Shown: positions 48,438 to 56,758 of the stretch, piece after piece
Numbering within the stretch: the first letter of the stretch is position 1
How the letters are laid out: every line of letters begins with the position of its first letter
Assembly (NCBI GenBank): GCA_944372585.1
Contig: CALVZQ010000001.1
Location: 6,512 to 70,511, forward strand
Source of the DNA: an uncultured Clostridia bacterium
Lineage (GTDB): Bacteria; Bacillota; Clostridia; Christensenellales; UBA1242
Length of the DNA stretch: 64,000 bases
Direction of reading: 5' to 3'
The notes under the pieces: model-generated
What the model was told of the DNA's origin: nothing
The model's database searches: none
The model's input: the letters and a program-made list of their open reading frames with translations, nothing else
Position numbers and translations under genes: made by a program

Positions 48438-48866
48438 ATGAATAAAGTTATTTTGGTTGGAAATTTGACCAGAGACCCAGAACTTCAAACAACAAACAGC
48501 GGAAGATCTGTTTGCAGATTTGGTCTTGCTGTTCAAAGAAGATTTGCAAATGCTGATGGCGAAAGAGATGCAGATTTCTTTAACATCACAGTTTGGGGGG
48601 CACCAGGCGAGAATTGTCATAAATATTTGAAGAAAGGCTCAAAGTGCGGAATTGTTGGAAGAATTCAAATTTCCAGTTATGATGCTGCTGACGGCACCAA
48701 AAGAAACTCAACTGACATCATTGCAGAAGAAGTGGAATTTGTTGGTCCAAGAAATGGAGGAGACAGTTCAGAAAATTCATACTCTGCTCCAAGTGAAAGC
48801 AAACCAGCAAGCAAAAAAGAAACTGCCGAACTTGAAGAGATCGATGATGACAGTTTGCCATTCTAA
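48438..48866 (+). CDS. ssb: single-stranded DNA-binding protein
   Basis: MNKVILVGNLTRDPELQTT OB-fold start, and an acidic C-terminal tip DDDSLPF. Confidence 0.93.
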   Translation: MNKVILVGNLTRDPELQTTNSGRSVCRFGLAVQRRFANADGERDADFFNITVWGAPGENCHKYLKKGSKCGIVGRIQISSYDAADGTKRNSTDIIAEEVEFVGPRNGGDSSENSYSAPSESKPASKKETAELEEIDDDSLPF

Positions 48867-48930
48867 GTCACAAAAGTGACATATCAAAAAGTCGAAAAAA
48901 TTTATGGGGCATGATGCCCAAGGAGAAAAA

Positions 48931-49191
48931 ATGAGCGAAGTTGTTAAAACCGAAGAAAAGGTTGTTAAAAAATATCGTAAACCTGCAAAAAAGAAAGTTT
49001 GTGCTTTCTGTGTTGCTGGCGAAAAAACTATTGACTACAAAGATGTAGTAAAAATCAGAAAATATATCACAGAGAAGGGTAAAATTTTGCCAAGACGTCA
49101 AACAGGCGTTTGCTCTTATCATCAAAGAGAACTTGCAAATGCAATCAAGAGAGCAAGAAATATGGCACTTCTTCCTTATGTTGGTGATTAA
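48931..49191 (+). CDS. rpsR: 30S ribosomal protein S18
   Basis: [60 protein letters not shown]. Start at the ATG after the AAGGAG RBS. Confidence 0.92.
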   Translation: MSEVVKTEEKVVKKYRKPAKKKVCAFCVAGEKTIDYKDVVKIRKYITEKGKILPRRQTGVCSYHQRELANAIKRARNMALLPYVGD

Positions 49192-49205
49192 AAGGAGAAA
49201 GGTTT

Positions 49206-49412
49206 ATGAAAAAAGATTTACATCCAGATTATCATGAAGTAACTGTTGTTTGTGCATGTGGAAATACTTTCAAAACAGGTTCTTGTGTTAAGGGCGACAC
49301 ACTCAAGATTGATATCTGCAACAAATGCCATCCTTTCTACACTGGAAAGAAGAAAGTCGTTGACTCAAGCGGAACAGTTGAAAACTTCAAGAAAAAATAT
49401 AATTTGCAATAA
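49206..49412 (+). CDS. rpmE: 50S ribosomal protein L31 (Zn-ribbon type A)
   Basis: [22 protein letters not shown]...[11 protein letters not shown]. Confidence 0.93.
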   Translation: MKKDLHPDYHEVTVVCACGNTFKTGSCVKGDTLKIDICNKCHPFYTGKKKVVDSSGTVENFKKKYNLQ

Positions 49413-49414
49413 AA

Positions 49415-49439
49415 AAAGACGAATTTTCGTCTTTTTTTT
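49415..49439. terminator. bidirectional rho-independent terminator
   Basis: Stem aaagacg/cgtcttt flanked by an A-run and a T-run, between convergent genes. Confidence 0.65.
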
Positions 49440-50175
49440 ATAATTTTTTATTTGAACCTTCTTTCTCAAACTTTTTGTCAAATTTTTTCAAATCTTTGTC
49501 AAAACTCATTATTCCATTGATATGTTCGCCTTCATGTTTTTTTTCTATATTTTTGATGAGATCTTTTATTGTTTGAGATGTTATGGTTCTGAAAGAAACC
49601 TCTGCTTCTGGAGTGTCAAAACGTTGTGCATCTTCTGACAATTTCAAGAACAGCTGTTTGCTTATTATTGAAAGAACAGAATTGTTTTCCAAAACAGATT
49701 TTGGCATTGTGCTTAATGGATTCAAAACTCTTTTAGGAGTTACATAAATTTTGTTGGAGTAAAAATTGATTGCATTTTTGCGCCTTTGATCCAGTGAGTT
49801 TTCATCATCGAATAAGTCACATTGTTCATTTTTATAGATTTCTTGCGTCAAATTTGCGGCGGTGGAAACAATATATCTTTCAATTGGTTCAATGACATGT
49901 TGACATGCAGTTTCAAAAACCGTCAATTCCAAAAGATTTTGCGTTTGCATATATGTGGTCTCCTGTTCTTTTGGAATTACCACAAAGAAAAGTGGTTTCT
50001 CCAAATTCATAAATCGTCCTACTCCAAGGACCAAATTGCCATTTTCATCTCTGTCATATTCAGAGATAAATAACCCGCTATCCTTGAAAACTCCCTTAAT
50101 GATCTTTCCAGTCAAATCAGTAAAACCTTGTTCTCTCATTTTTGATTCAAATTGAGTAGGCAACAATCCTGGCAT
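49438..50175 (-). CDS. hypothetical protein (245 aa)
   Basis: Start at the M with a GGGAGGA RBS. No assignable motif. Confidence 0.55.
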   Translation of the reverse strand: MPGLLPTQFESKMREQGFTDLTGKIIKGVFKDSGLFISEYDRDENGNLVLGVGRFMNLEKPLFFVVIPKEQETTYMQTQNLLELTVFETACQHVIEPIERYIVSTAANLTQEIYKNEQCDLFDDENSLDQRRKNAINFYSNKIYVTPKRVLNPLSTMPKSVLENNSVLSIISKQLFLKLSEDAQRFDTPEAEVSFRTITSQTIKDLIKNIEKKHEGEHINGIMSFDKDLKKFDKKFEKEGSNKKL

Positions 50176-50287
50176 AATATCCTCCCTTTTAGATGATGAT
50201 ATTTTAACATAAGAAATGAATGATGTCAATGTTTTTCAAAAACTTGAATTTCGCATAAAATAATGAAAAATTGTCAAAAATCAGGTT

Positions 50288-52054
50288 ATGGACAGGATTT
50301 TTTTTCCAACTTCAAATGGTGTTGTCATACATTGTGATGACAAAAAAGTCATTTCAGCCATAAATTGTGATGGTCAAAAAAAAATGAAAAGCTTCAGAGA
50401 AAAGAACAAAATTATTTTTTGGCATTTTCCATTTATGAGAGGTTTTCAATTCTTTTTTTGTGGCATTTTTGGTTTTTTTCAAGCTCTTTTGCTGTCCTAT
50501 GATTTATGCAATACAAACAAAAGAACAAAAACAAACGAAATTAACAAATTTTACACACAAAAATTGATCATTGTTGGATTAGTTTCAATTTTGGCAGTCA
50601 TTTTTTCGGCATTTGTGTTGGGTTTGTTGCCAGGAAAACTTGGATACTTGATTGTGGATTATAAAGGCAGTGAACTGTTGAGAAATTTTGTCATTTTTGT
50701 TTTTAAATTGATTCTGTTTTTTCTTTTTGTCTTGGCACTGCGTGTTTTTCCTGTCGTTGTGGAATGTTTTAGGTTTAACAAAGCCGGAGAAATTGTTTTA
50801 AGAGATTTTGAAAGAGACAAAGAAAAATCTCAAAAAAAAGATAAAAATATAAAAAAAATCAAAAATTTGAATTCTTTTATTGTGAAAAATTCGAATTTAA
50901 CGCCAAATTTTTTGAATTATTTGATTTTTGTTTTTGTTTTGGATTTTCTTGTGGTAACATTATGGGGAGCAGATTATGGTTTTTGGTTTAACCTTGCTTT
51001 GAATGTTGCGGTGTTTCTTGTTTGCATGAGTTTTGCATATGAAATTTTGTGGCTTATGAATTTGCCAAAGTGCAAATTTTTAAACAAACTGCAAAATTTG
51101 ACTGGGTTTTTGGTTTACGACAAGCCAACGACAACTCATATTGAAACGGTTATGGTGGCCATGACAGAAATCAATTTGCTGACTAGTCAAAAGGAAAGAG
51201 AGTTTATGGACGACGAAAACAAAAAGGCTTTTTCCGTTGTTTATACGCAGGTCAGAAACAAACTTTATAACGCGGGGATTACGGACAAAAGCGATGCTGA
51301 TTGGATTATTGCCACAGTGCTTGGCAAAAACAGAGCAGAAATCAAACTGCTTTCTTTTGTGACAGAAAAACAATATCAAGAAATCATGAAAGCAACAGAA
51401 AGGCGAGCAAAGGGAGAAAGCATTGACAACATTTTTGGTTATACAGAATTTTATGGATTGCGATTTGATGTGAACAAAAAAGTTTTGACACCAAGAATGG
51501 AAACGGAGATTTTGGTCGAGCAGGTTTTGAAAGCAGAAACATACTTCAAAAATGCCACCATTTTGGATTTGGGAACAGGTTCGGGTGCCATTGCTGTTGC
51601 CATTGCAAAAAACTCTGATGCCAATGTGACTGCTGTTGACATAAGCAAATCTGCTCTTTTGACAGCGGAGTCAAATGCAAAGAAAAATGATGTCAAAATT
51701 GAATTTCTACATTCAAATTTGTTTGATAACTTGAAAAGAAAGCGTAAGTTTGATATAATTGTGTCGAATCCACCATATATCCCAACAAAAGACATTGAAA
51801 AATTGGACAAAAATGTCAAAGAGTGCGATCCAGTTCTTGCTTTGGACGGGGGAGAAGATGGCCTCGACTTTTATAGAAAGATCGCAGAGCAGGCTCCATT
51901 GAGATTAAATCAAAATGGTTTGATTTTCTTTGAAGTTGGAAAAGGACAGGCAAAAGCAGTTCGAAAAATTTTGAGGGATAATGGATTTGAAGAGATTAAA
52001 ACAATTAAAGATTATAATAAGATTGAAAGGGTGATTTGTGGAAAACGAAAGTAA
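50288..52054 (+). CDS. prmC: fusion protein: DUF1385-like membrane domain + release-factor glutamine methyltransferase PrmC
   Basis: The N-terminal ~300 aa has several TM helices and a PFMRG motif like DUF1385/YqhQ. The C-terminal half has PrmC landmarks (LDLGTGSGAIAV, IVSNPPYIP). Overlaps prfA. Confidence 0.75.
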   Translation: MDRIFFPTSNGVVIHCDDKKVISAINCDGQKKMKSFREKNKIIFWHFPFMRGFQFFFCGIFGFFQALLLSYDLCNTNKRTKTNEINKFYTQKLIIVGLVSILAVIFSAFVLGLLPGKLGYLIVDYKGSELLRNFVIFVFKLILFFLFVLALRVFPVVVECFRFNKAGEIVLRDFERDKEKSQKKDKNIKKIKNLNSFIVKNSNLTPNFLNYLIFVFVLDFLVVTLWGADYGFWFNLALNVAVFLVCMSFAYEILWLMNLPKCKFLNKLQNLTGFLVYDKPTTTHIETVMVAMTEINLLTSQKEREFMDDENKKAFSVVYTQVRNKLYNAGITDKSDADWIIATVLGKNRAEIKLLSFVTEKQYQEIMKATERRAKGESIDNIFGYTEFYGLRFDVNKKVLTPRMETEILVEQVLKAETYFKNATILDLGTGSGAIAVAIAKNSDANVTAVDISKSALLTAESNAKKNDVKIEFLHSNLFDNLKRKRKFDIIVSNPPYIPTKDIEKLDKNVKECDPVLALDGGEDGLDFYRKIAEQAPLRLNQNGLIFFEVGKGQAKAVRKILRDNGFEEIKTIKDYNKIERVICGKRK

Positions 52055-53129
52055 AGAATTGTTGATAAAGACGGAGAAATCAAAGGTTAGGTTTGATGAA
52101 TTGACTGACCTTATTTCTCGTCCAGAGATTATTGCTGACAACAAAGAATGGAAAAAATTAGTTAAAGAAAGAAGTTCTCTGGAAGAATTGGCAAATGCTC
52201 ATGAAGAATTGAAAAAGAGCATTAATGACTTGGAAAATTGCGAAAATGACCTGAAAAACGAAAAAGATGCAGAGATGAAGGCTTTGTTTGAAAGTGAAAT
52301 CCAAAGGCTTAATGAACAAATTGACAAAATTGTTGAAAATATCAAAATTTTGTTGTTGCCAAAAGATGAAAATGATGACAGCAATGCCATTGTTGAAATT
52401 CGCGCCGCCGCAGGTGGAGAAGAGTCTGCTCTCTTTTGTTTGGAACTTTGCCGTATGTATTCTCATTATGCAGAGAAAAAACATTGGAAAGTTGAATACA
52501 TTGACATGTCAGAAACTGAAATAGGAGGAATCAAAGAAGCCACTTTGATGATTAAAGGCAAGGGCGCATATGCTCGAATGAAATATGAAAGTGGTGTGCA
52601 CAGAGTTCAAAGAGTCCCAGAAACAGAAAGTCAGGGAAGAATTCACACATCAACTGCAACTGTTGCTGTTTTGCCAGAAGTTGAAGATATTGACATTGAA
52701 ATTTCGGACAAAGATTTGAGAATTGACGTTTATCACTCTGGTGGTGCGGGCGGACAAAATGTCAACAAAGTTGAAACTGCCATTCGTATTACATATCTTC
52801 CACTCAATATTGTGGTCACATGTCAAGACGAGAGGAGTCAACTCAAGAACAAAGAAAAAGCCATGAACATTTTGAAGGCAAAACTTTATGACTATTATGA
52901 AGAACAGAGAAACAACGAATATGATCAAAACAGGAAAAATCAGGTTGGTCGCGGAAACAGAAATGAAAGAATCAGAACATACAACTATCCTCAGGGTAGA
53001 GTGACAGACCACAGAACAAACCTCTCTTCATATGATTTGGAAGGTGTTTTGAATGGCGATCTTGATCAATTTATTGACGCAATGATTTTGAAAGTCCAAA
53101 CAGAATTGTTGAATGCTGAAAATAATTAA
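52038..53129 (+). CDS. prfA: peptide chain release factor 1
   Basis: RF1 tripeptide context RVPETESQGRIHTS, GGQ motif SGGAGGQNVNKVETA. GTG start overlapping prmC. Confidence 0.93.
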   Translation: MENESKELLIKTEKSKVRFDELTDLISRPEIIADNKEWKKLVKERSSLEELANAHEELKKSINDLENCENDLKNEKDAEMKALFESEIQRLNEQIDKIVENIKILLLPKDENDDSNAIVEIRAAAGGEESALFCLELCRMYSHYAEKKHWKVEYIDMSETEIGGIKEATLMIKGKGAYARMKYESGVHRVQRVPETESQGRIHTSTATVAVLPEVEDIDIEISDKDLRIDVYHSGGAGGQNVNKVETAIRITYLPLNIVVTCQDERSQLKNKEKAMNILKAKLYDYYEEQRNNEYDQNRKNQVGRGNRNERIRTYNYPQGRVTDHRTNLSSYDLEGVLNGDLDQFIDAMILKVQTELLNAENN

Positions 53130-53134
53130 TAAAA

Positions 53135-53165
53135 AAAGAGAAAATCTTTTTTCTCTTTTTTTTCT
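53135..53165. terminator. bidirectional rho-independent terminator
   Basis: Stem aaagagaaaa/ttttctcttt with flanking A and T runs. Confidence 0.65.
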
Positions 53166-53239
53166 ATAATTTCTTATTGTAATTAATAATGCGAAATAAA
53201 TTCCATAAAAAAACATCACTTTTGTGATGTCTTTTCTTT

Positions 53240-53623
53240 TTATATTAATGATGTCCCTGTGAAAATTGGATCGAATACGCCGAATGCATTAAGAATCATT
53301 GGCAAGAAAATGTTAAAGAACAATATCAATACAACGACTACTACAATAGTGACAATAATATTTATTAAACGCTTTTTATTTTCATCTCTTTGTTCAGCAG
53401 ATTCTGCTCTTGCCATTTTGACACCAACATAGATTGAATAGATACCACCAGCGGCGCCAACTAAAACCAATAATACCCAAAGCAAAGTGGACATAACACT
53501 AAGAAGGTTTGTGAGCCAACCCCAGTTTCCAATTTCACTTGCTCCAGAACTGTTAATATGGTCTATAATGTCTTGCCAAGATGATACATTATCCAAACTC
53601 AACAACGTACTCATAAAGTTCAT
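53240..53623 (-). CDS. small two-TM membrane protein (127 aa)
   Basis: Start at the M with a GGAGGA RBS. Two long hydrophobic helices separated by the charged loop KMARAESAEQRDENKKR. Confidence 0.55.
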   Translation of the reverse strand: MNFMSTLLSLDNVSSWQDIIDHINSSGASEIGNWGWLTNLLSVMSTLLWVLLVLVGAAGGIYSIYVGVKMARAESAEQRDENKKRLINIIVTIVVVVVLILFFNIFLPMILNAFGVFDPIFTGTSLI

Positions 53624-53860
53624 ACAATTTTCCTCCAATTTTAATTCATATTTATTGTTCTCAAAAGACTTAAATAATATTCTCATCTTTGATTACAAAA
53701 GAATAATATCATAAATAAAAAAAAATTCCAAACGATTTGACAAAAAATTATAAAATTTTTTTTAAATATTTTTTGGAATTTTTTTATGCTATTTTAATTG
53801 CAGAAAATATTTTTTTATTAGAAAAAATGTGAACAAAAATTTAAAGCCAAAAGTTATATT

Positions 53861-54028
53861 TTAAATCAAGTTGTTAAAACAACGACAACCTTGGAAGTTG
53901 TTGTTATTGTTGCTGTTTGAAAGCCCAAGCAAAAGTAGAAGCAAAATGTTTGTGTTGGTGGCAAGATTTGTGTCGTTTGAAGAACTCAACACCGAAAGCA
54001 AAAACACCCATAAAATATCTTGTGACAT
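53861..54028 (-). CDS. small Asn/Leu-rich peptide (55 aa), below the ORF-track cutoff
   Basis: Strong RBS AAAGGAGGGAAT, then ATG. MSQDILWVFLLSVLSSSNDTNLATNTNILLLLLLGLSNSNNNNNFQGCRCFNNLI. Confidence 0.45.
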   Translation of the reverse strand: MSQDILWVFLLSVLSSSNDTNLATNTNILLLLLLGLSNSNNNNNFQGCRCFNNLI

Positions 54029-54228
54029 AATTCCCTCCTTTTCAACAAAATATTTCAAAATAAGTCCAAAAGAGAAATATTTTCTTTTTGACTTTTCTTC
54101 TTTTGTTTGGGAAAATATATTTGAAAGAAAATCTTTCAGCACAATCATTAAGAAGTTGTCTTAATGTTTGTTGCTCTTGATTTAATATATGTGAGTGAAA
54201 AGTTAAATGTTCCCAAAAAGGAGAAAAA

Positions 54229-54564
54229 ATGAATAAATTGTTGAGAATTACCGAAAGAAACAAATTTGAAATGCAAGAACTGCTTCCAAATGACAGCTGC
54301 ACCAACAAGTTGGCTTTGTATTTTCAAAATTTTTCTGACCAGACTAGAATCAAGATTTTGTCCGCTCTTTCAATCAAAGAATTGTGTGTGAATGATTTGT
54401 CAAAACTTCTTGGAATCAATCAGACTACAATTTCTCATCAACTGAAGACTTTGAAAGATCAAGACATGGTGGAATATAAGAGAGAAGGAAAGATTTTGAT
54501 TTATCGCATCAAATCTCCAATTGTCAATGAAATGATGATGTATGCTGTCAAAAGTCTATCTTAG
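54229..54564 (+). CDS. ArsR-family transcriptional regulator (no obvious metal-site Cys pair)
   Basis: FSDQTRIKILSALSIKELCVNDLSKLLGINQTTISHQLKTLKD. It has only CVN where CadC-type sensors have CVC. Confidence 0.75.
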   Translation: MNKLLRITERNKFEMQELLPNDSCTNKLALYFQNFSDQTRIKILSALSIKELCVNDLSKLLGINQTTISHQLKTLKDQDMVEYKREGKILIYRIKSPIVNEMMMYAVKSLS

Positions 54565-54746
54565 GCGAAAAACTGCACTTTGGCTCATTTTTACAAATGC
54601 AAAAAGTGTCGCAGTTACATTTGTTTTTCGCCCTTGCAACCAGACGAAAACGAACGTCGCTTTGCTTGTTGGTGTTTTGTTGCACTTTCTTGCGAAGTGA
54701 GAGCTTTTAAGAAAAAGAGAAATAGTTTCAAATAAAAGTTTTATTG

Positions 54747-54775
54747 TTGACAAAATTTTCAAAAGAAAGTATAAT
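54747..54775 (+). promoter_or_regulatory. consensus sigma-70 promoter abutting the queH ATG (candidate leaderless mRNA)
   Basis: TTGACA, exactly 17 nt, TATAAT. Only 7 nt separate the -10 from ATG 54783. Confidence 0.6.
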
Positions 54776-54782
54776 TTGAGGC

Positions 54783-55328
54783 ATGAAGAAAAAGTTGTTG
54801 CTACATTCTTGTTGTGGACCATGTTCGACGGTTGTTATCGAGAGGTTGAAAGATGATTTTGATGTGATCGTCTTTTATTTCAATCCAAACATTGAGCCAA
54901 GAGAAGAATATGAAAAAAGAAAAGTTGAGCAACAAAAAGTTTGTGAGTTTTTTAATGTTCCTTTTGTTGATTATGATTATGACAATGCGGGGTGGCACAA
55001 ATTTGTTGAAGGTCTTGAAAGCGAAAAAGAAGGTGGGGCAAGGTGTGAAAAATGCTTTCTTTTCAGGTTGAAAGGCACGGCACAATATGCAAAAGAAAAT
55101 GGTTTTTCGATTTTTGCCACCACTCTTTCTGTGAGTCCACATAAAAACACCTTGGTCATAAACAAAGTGGGAGATAATGTTTCGAAAGAAATTGAGATTG
55201 AATTTTTGCCAGAAAGTTTCAAAAAGAAAGATGGTTATTTGAGAAGTATCAATCTTTCCAAAGAACTTGAACTTTACAGACAAAATTATTGCGGTTGCAG
55301 TTTTGCAAATTGGAATTTGAAAAAATAA
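54783..55328 (+). CDS. queH: epoxyqueuosine reductase QueH (DUF208)
   Basis: LLLHSCCGPCSTVVIERL, FYFNPNIEPREEYEKR, CEKCFLFRL, YRQNYCGC. Confidence 0.85.
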   Translation: MKKKLLLHSCCGPCSTVVIERLKDDFDVIVFYFNPNIEPREEYEKRKVEQQKVCEFFNVPFVDYDYDNAGWHKFVEGLESEKEGGARCEKCFLFRLKGTAQYAKENGFSIFATTLSVSPHKNTLVINKVGDNVSKEIEIEFLPESFKKKDGYLRSINLSKELELYRQNYCGCSFANWNLKK

Positions 55329-55334
55329 TGATTT

Positions 55335-56225
55335 TTGGAGATTGTTTTGAGCAAATATAACAAAGATTTCATTCAATACAGTGAAGAAAAAGTGAAAGAT
55401 GAAACAAAGCATCTTGCATTGTATTTCACTACGCATATTTTTCTTTATATTATATTGATATTCTTTTTGATTTTCTTTGCTTGGTACACTGTTTTCACCA
55501 CAACACATAGATTTTATGAGGTTCGTGGGGTTTCTATGATGCCAACACTCAACAATCAAATCACTGAAGAACAACTTGTCTATGACACTGAAAATGCTCA
55601 AAATTTGGCATATGATGCTGTCTATGTTGACAAACTCACAACTCCTGAGATTTTTGATATTATTGTCGTTGAACGTCCTGGTTCTTCAAGCGTTATAAAA
55701 CGATTGATGGCAAAAGAAGGGGACTATATTACGATTGCAAAAGGAGAGTCGCCAAGCGGAGCAGATTGTTTCTACTTTTATAGAATACCAAATGGCGTCA
55801 TTCTTGAAGACTATAGTGATGAACAAGCATTGGTAAGAGAAAATGGAGAAAATGGCTATCAGATCTACAACACTGAAACACTTTGGATCCACAAATCTAT
55901 GTCTCAAATTGTTACAGCGCAAATAGGCTCCTGGGAATATGAATACAATTTCTACTCAACTTTTCTTGCCCGTTATGAGGTTGATAGTGCCGGATATTAC
56001 GTTTCAGAAAATGGCTTAGTCTATGTTCAAGTTCCAGAAAATATGGTTTTCTATATGGGTGACAACAGAGAATATTCCTCTGATTGTCGTGAAAATGGTT
56101 TCTGCAATGAAGACTATATTGTTGGCAGGACGGAATTTGTTGTCTATGACTATAATTTTGCAAATCGTCTTTGGGAAGTTATCAAATTTTATTTCAGAGA
56201 AATGGAAGATTTCTTTGCTAGATAA
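55335..56225 (+). CDS. lepB: signal peptidase I (S26), enlarged form
   Basis: Ser box RGVSMMPTL, Lys box VIKRLMAKEGD, GDNREYSSDCR box. There is no in-frame ATG before the TM helix, so the start is non-ATG (TTG 55335 or nearby). Confidence 0.8.
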   Translation: MEIVLSKYNKDFIQYSEEKVKDETKHLALYFTTHIFLYIILIFFLIFFAWYTVFTTTHRFYEVRGVSMMPTLNNQITEEQLVYDTENAQNLAYDAVYVDKLTTPEIFDIIVVERPGSSSVIKRLMAKEGDYITIAKGESPSGADCFYFYRIPNGVILEDYSDEQALVRENGENGYQIYNTETLWIHKSMSQIVTAQIGSWEYEYNFYSTFLARYEVDSAGYYVSENGLVYVQVPENMVFYMGDNREYSSDCRENGFCNEDYIVGRTEFVVYDYNFANRLWEVIKFYFREMEDFFAR

Positions 56226-56331
56226 ATTTTCTTTGTTTTTGTGCGTTTTTATTTGCTAAATCCCTTTATTTATGATAAACTAACAATAGCATTGATATGC
56301 GAAATTATCATCAAAAGGAGATAGAATAAAG

Positions 56332-56607
56332 ATGAACAAAGGTGAATTCGTTAAAGCAGTTGCTGAAAAAGCAAATTGCACACAAAAAGACGCTGGTATT
56401 GTTTTTGATGCTGTTATCGATACAATCGTAAGTGCTCTTAAAAAAGGAGAGAAAATTCAAATCCCTGGCTTCGGTTCTTTCGAACTCGTTTCCAAGGCTG
56501 CAACAACAAAAATCAACCCTCTCACTAAGAAACCTGTGAAGGTTGCTGCATGTAAAATGCCAAAATTTAAATTCGGCAAGAGCTTTAAAGCAGTTTTTAA
56601 TGACTGA
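56332..56607 (+). CDS. hup: DNA-binding protein HU
   Basis: MNKGEFVKAVAEKANCTQKDAGIVFDAVIDTIVSALKKGEKIQIPGFGSFE... 91 aa. Confidence 0.92.
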   Translation: MNKGEFVKAVAEKANCTQKDAGIVFDAVIDTIVSALKKGEKIQIPGFGSFELVSKAATTKINPLTKKPVKVAACKMPKFKFGKSFKAVFND

Positions 56608-56621
56608 TGAACATCTTTAGA

Positions 56622-56652
56622 AAAAACCAACATTTTGTTTGTTGGTTTTTTT
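56622..56652. terminator. bidirectional rho-independent terminator
   Basis: Stem aaccaaca/tgttggtt with flanking A-run and T-run. Confidence 0.7.
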
Positions 56653-56674
56653 GTTTTTGATTGGTGAGGAGAAG

Positions 56675-56753
56675 GGCGAAAAAGCCAGACAAAATTGTCT
56701 GGCTCAAAGCCCTTCACAGGGCTTTGTTTGCACTTTTGTGCAAACTTTTCGCC
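56675..56753. other. 79-nt perfectly paired four-way-junction element (three hairpins closed by an outer stem)
   Basis: Outer stem ggcgaaaa/ttttcgcc (8 bp), HP1 agccagac/gtctggct (8 bp), HP2 aaagccc/gggcttt (7 bp), HP3 gtttgcac/gtgcaaac (8 bp). All pairs are Watson-Crick and one junction nt is unpaired. Confidence 0.7.
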
Positions 56754-56758
56754 TGTTT

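Noticed and set aside
54565-54782. preQ1 riboswitch upstream of queH.
   Set aside because: The consensus promoter abuts the ATG, which leaves no leader. No preQ1-I/II-like hairpin with an A-rich tail was seen.
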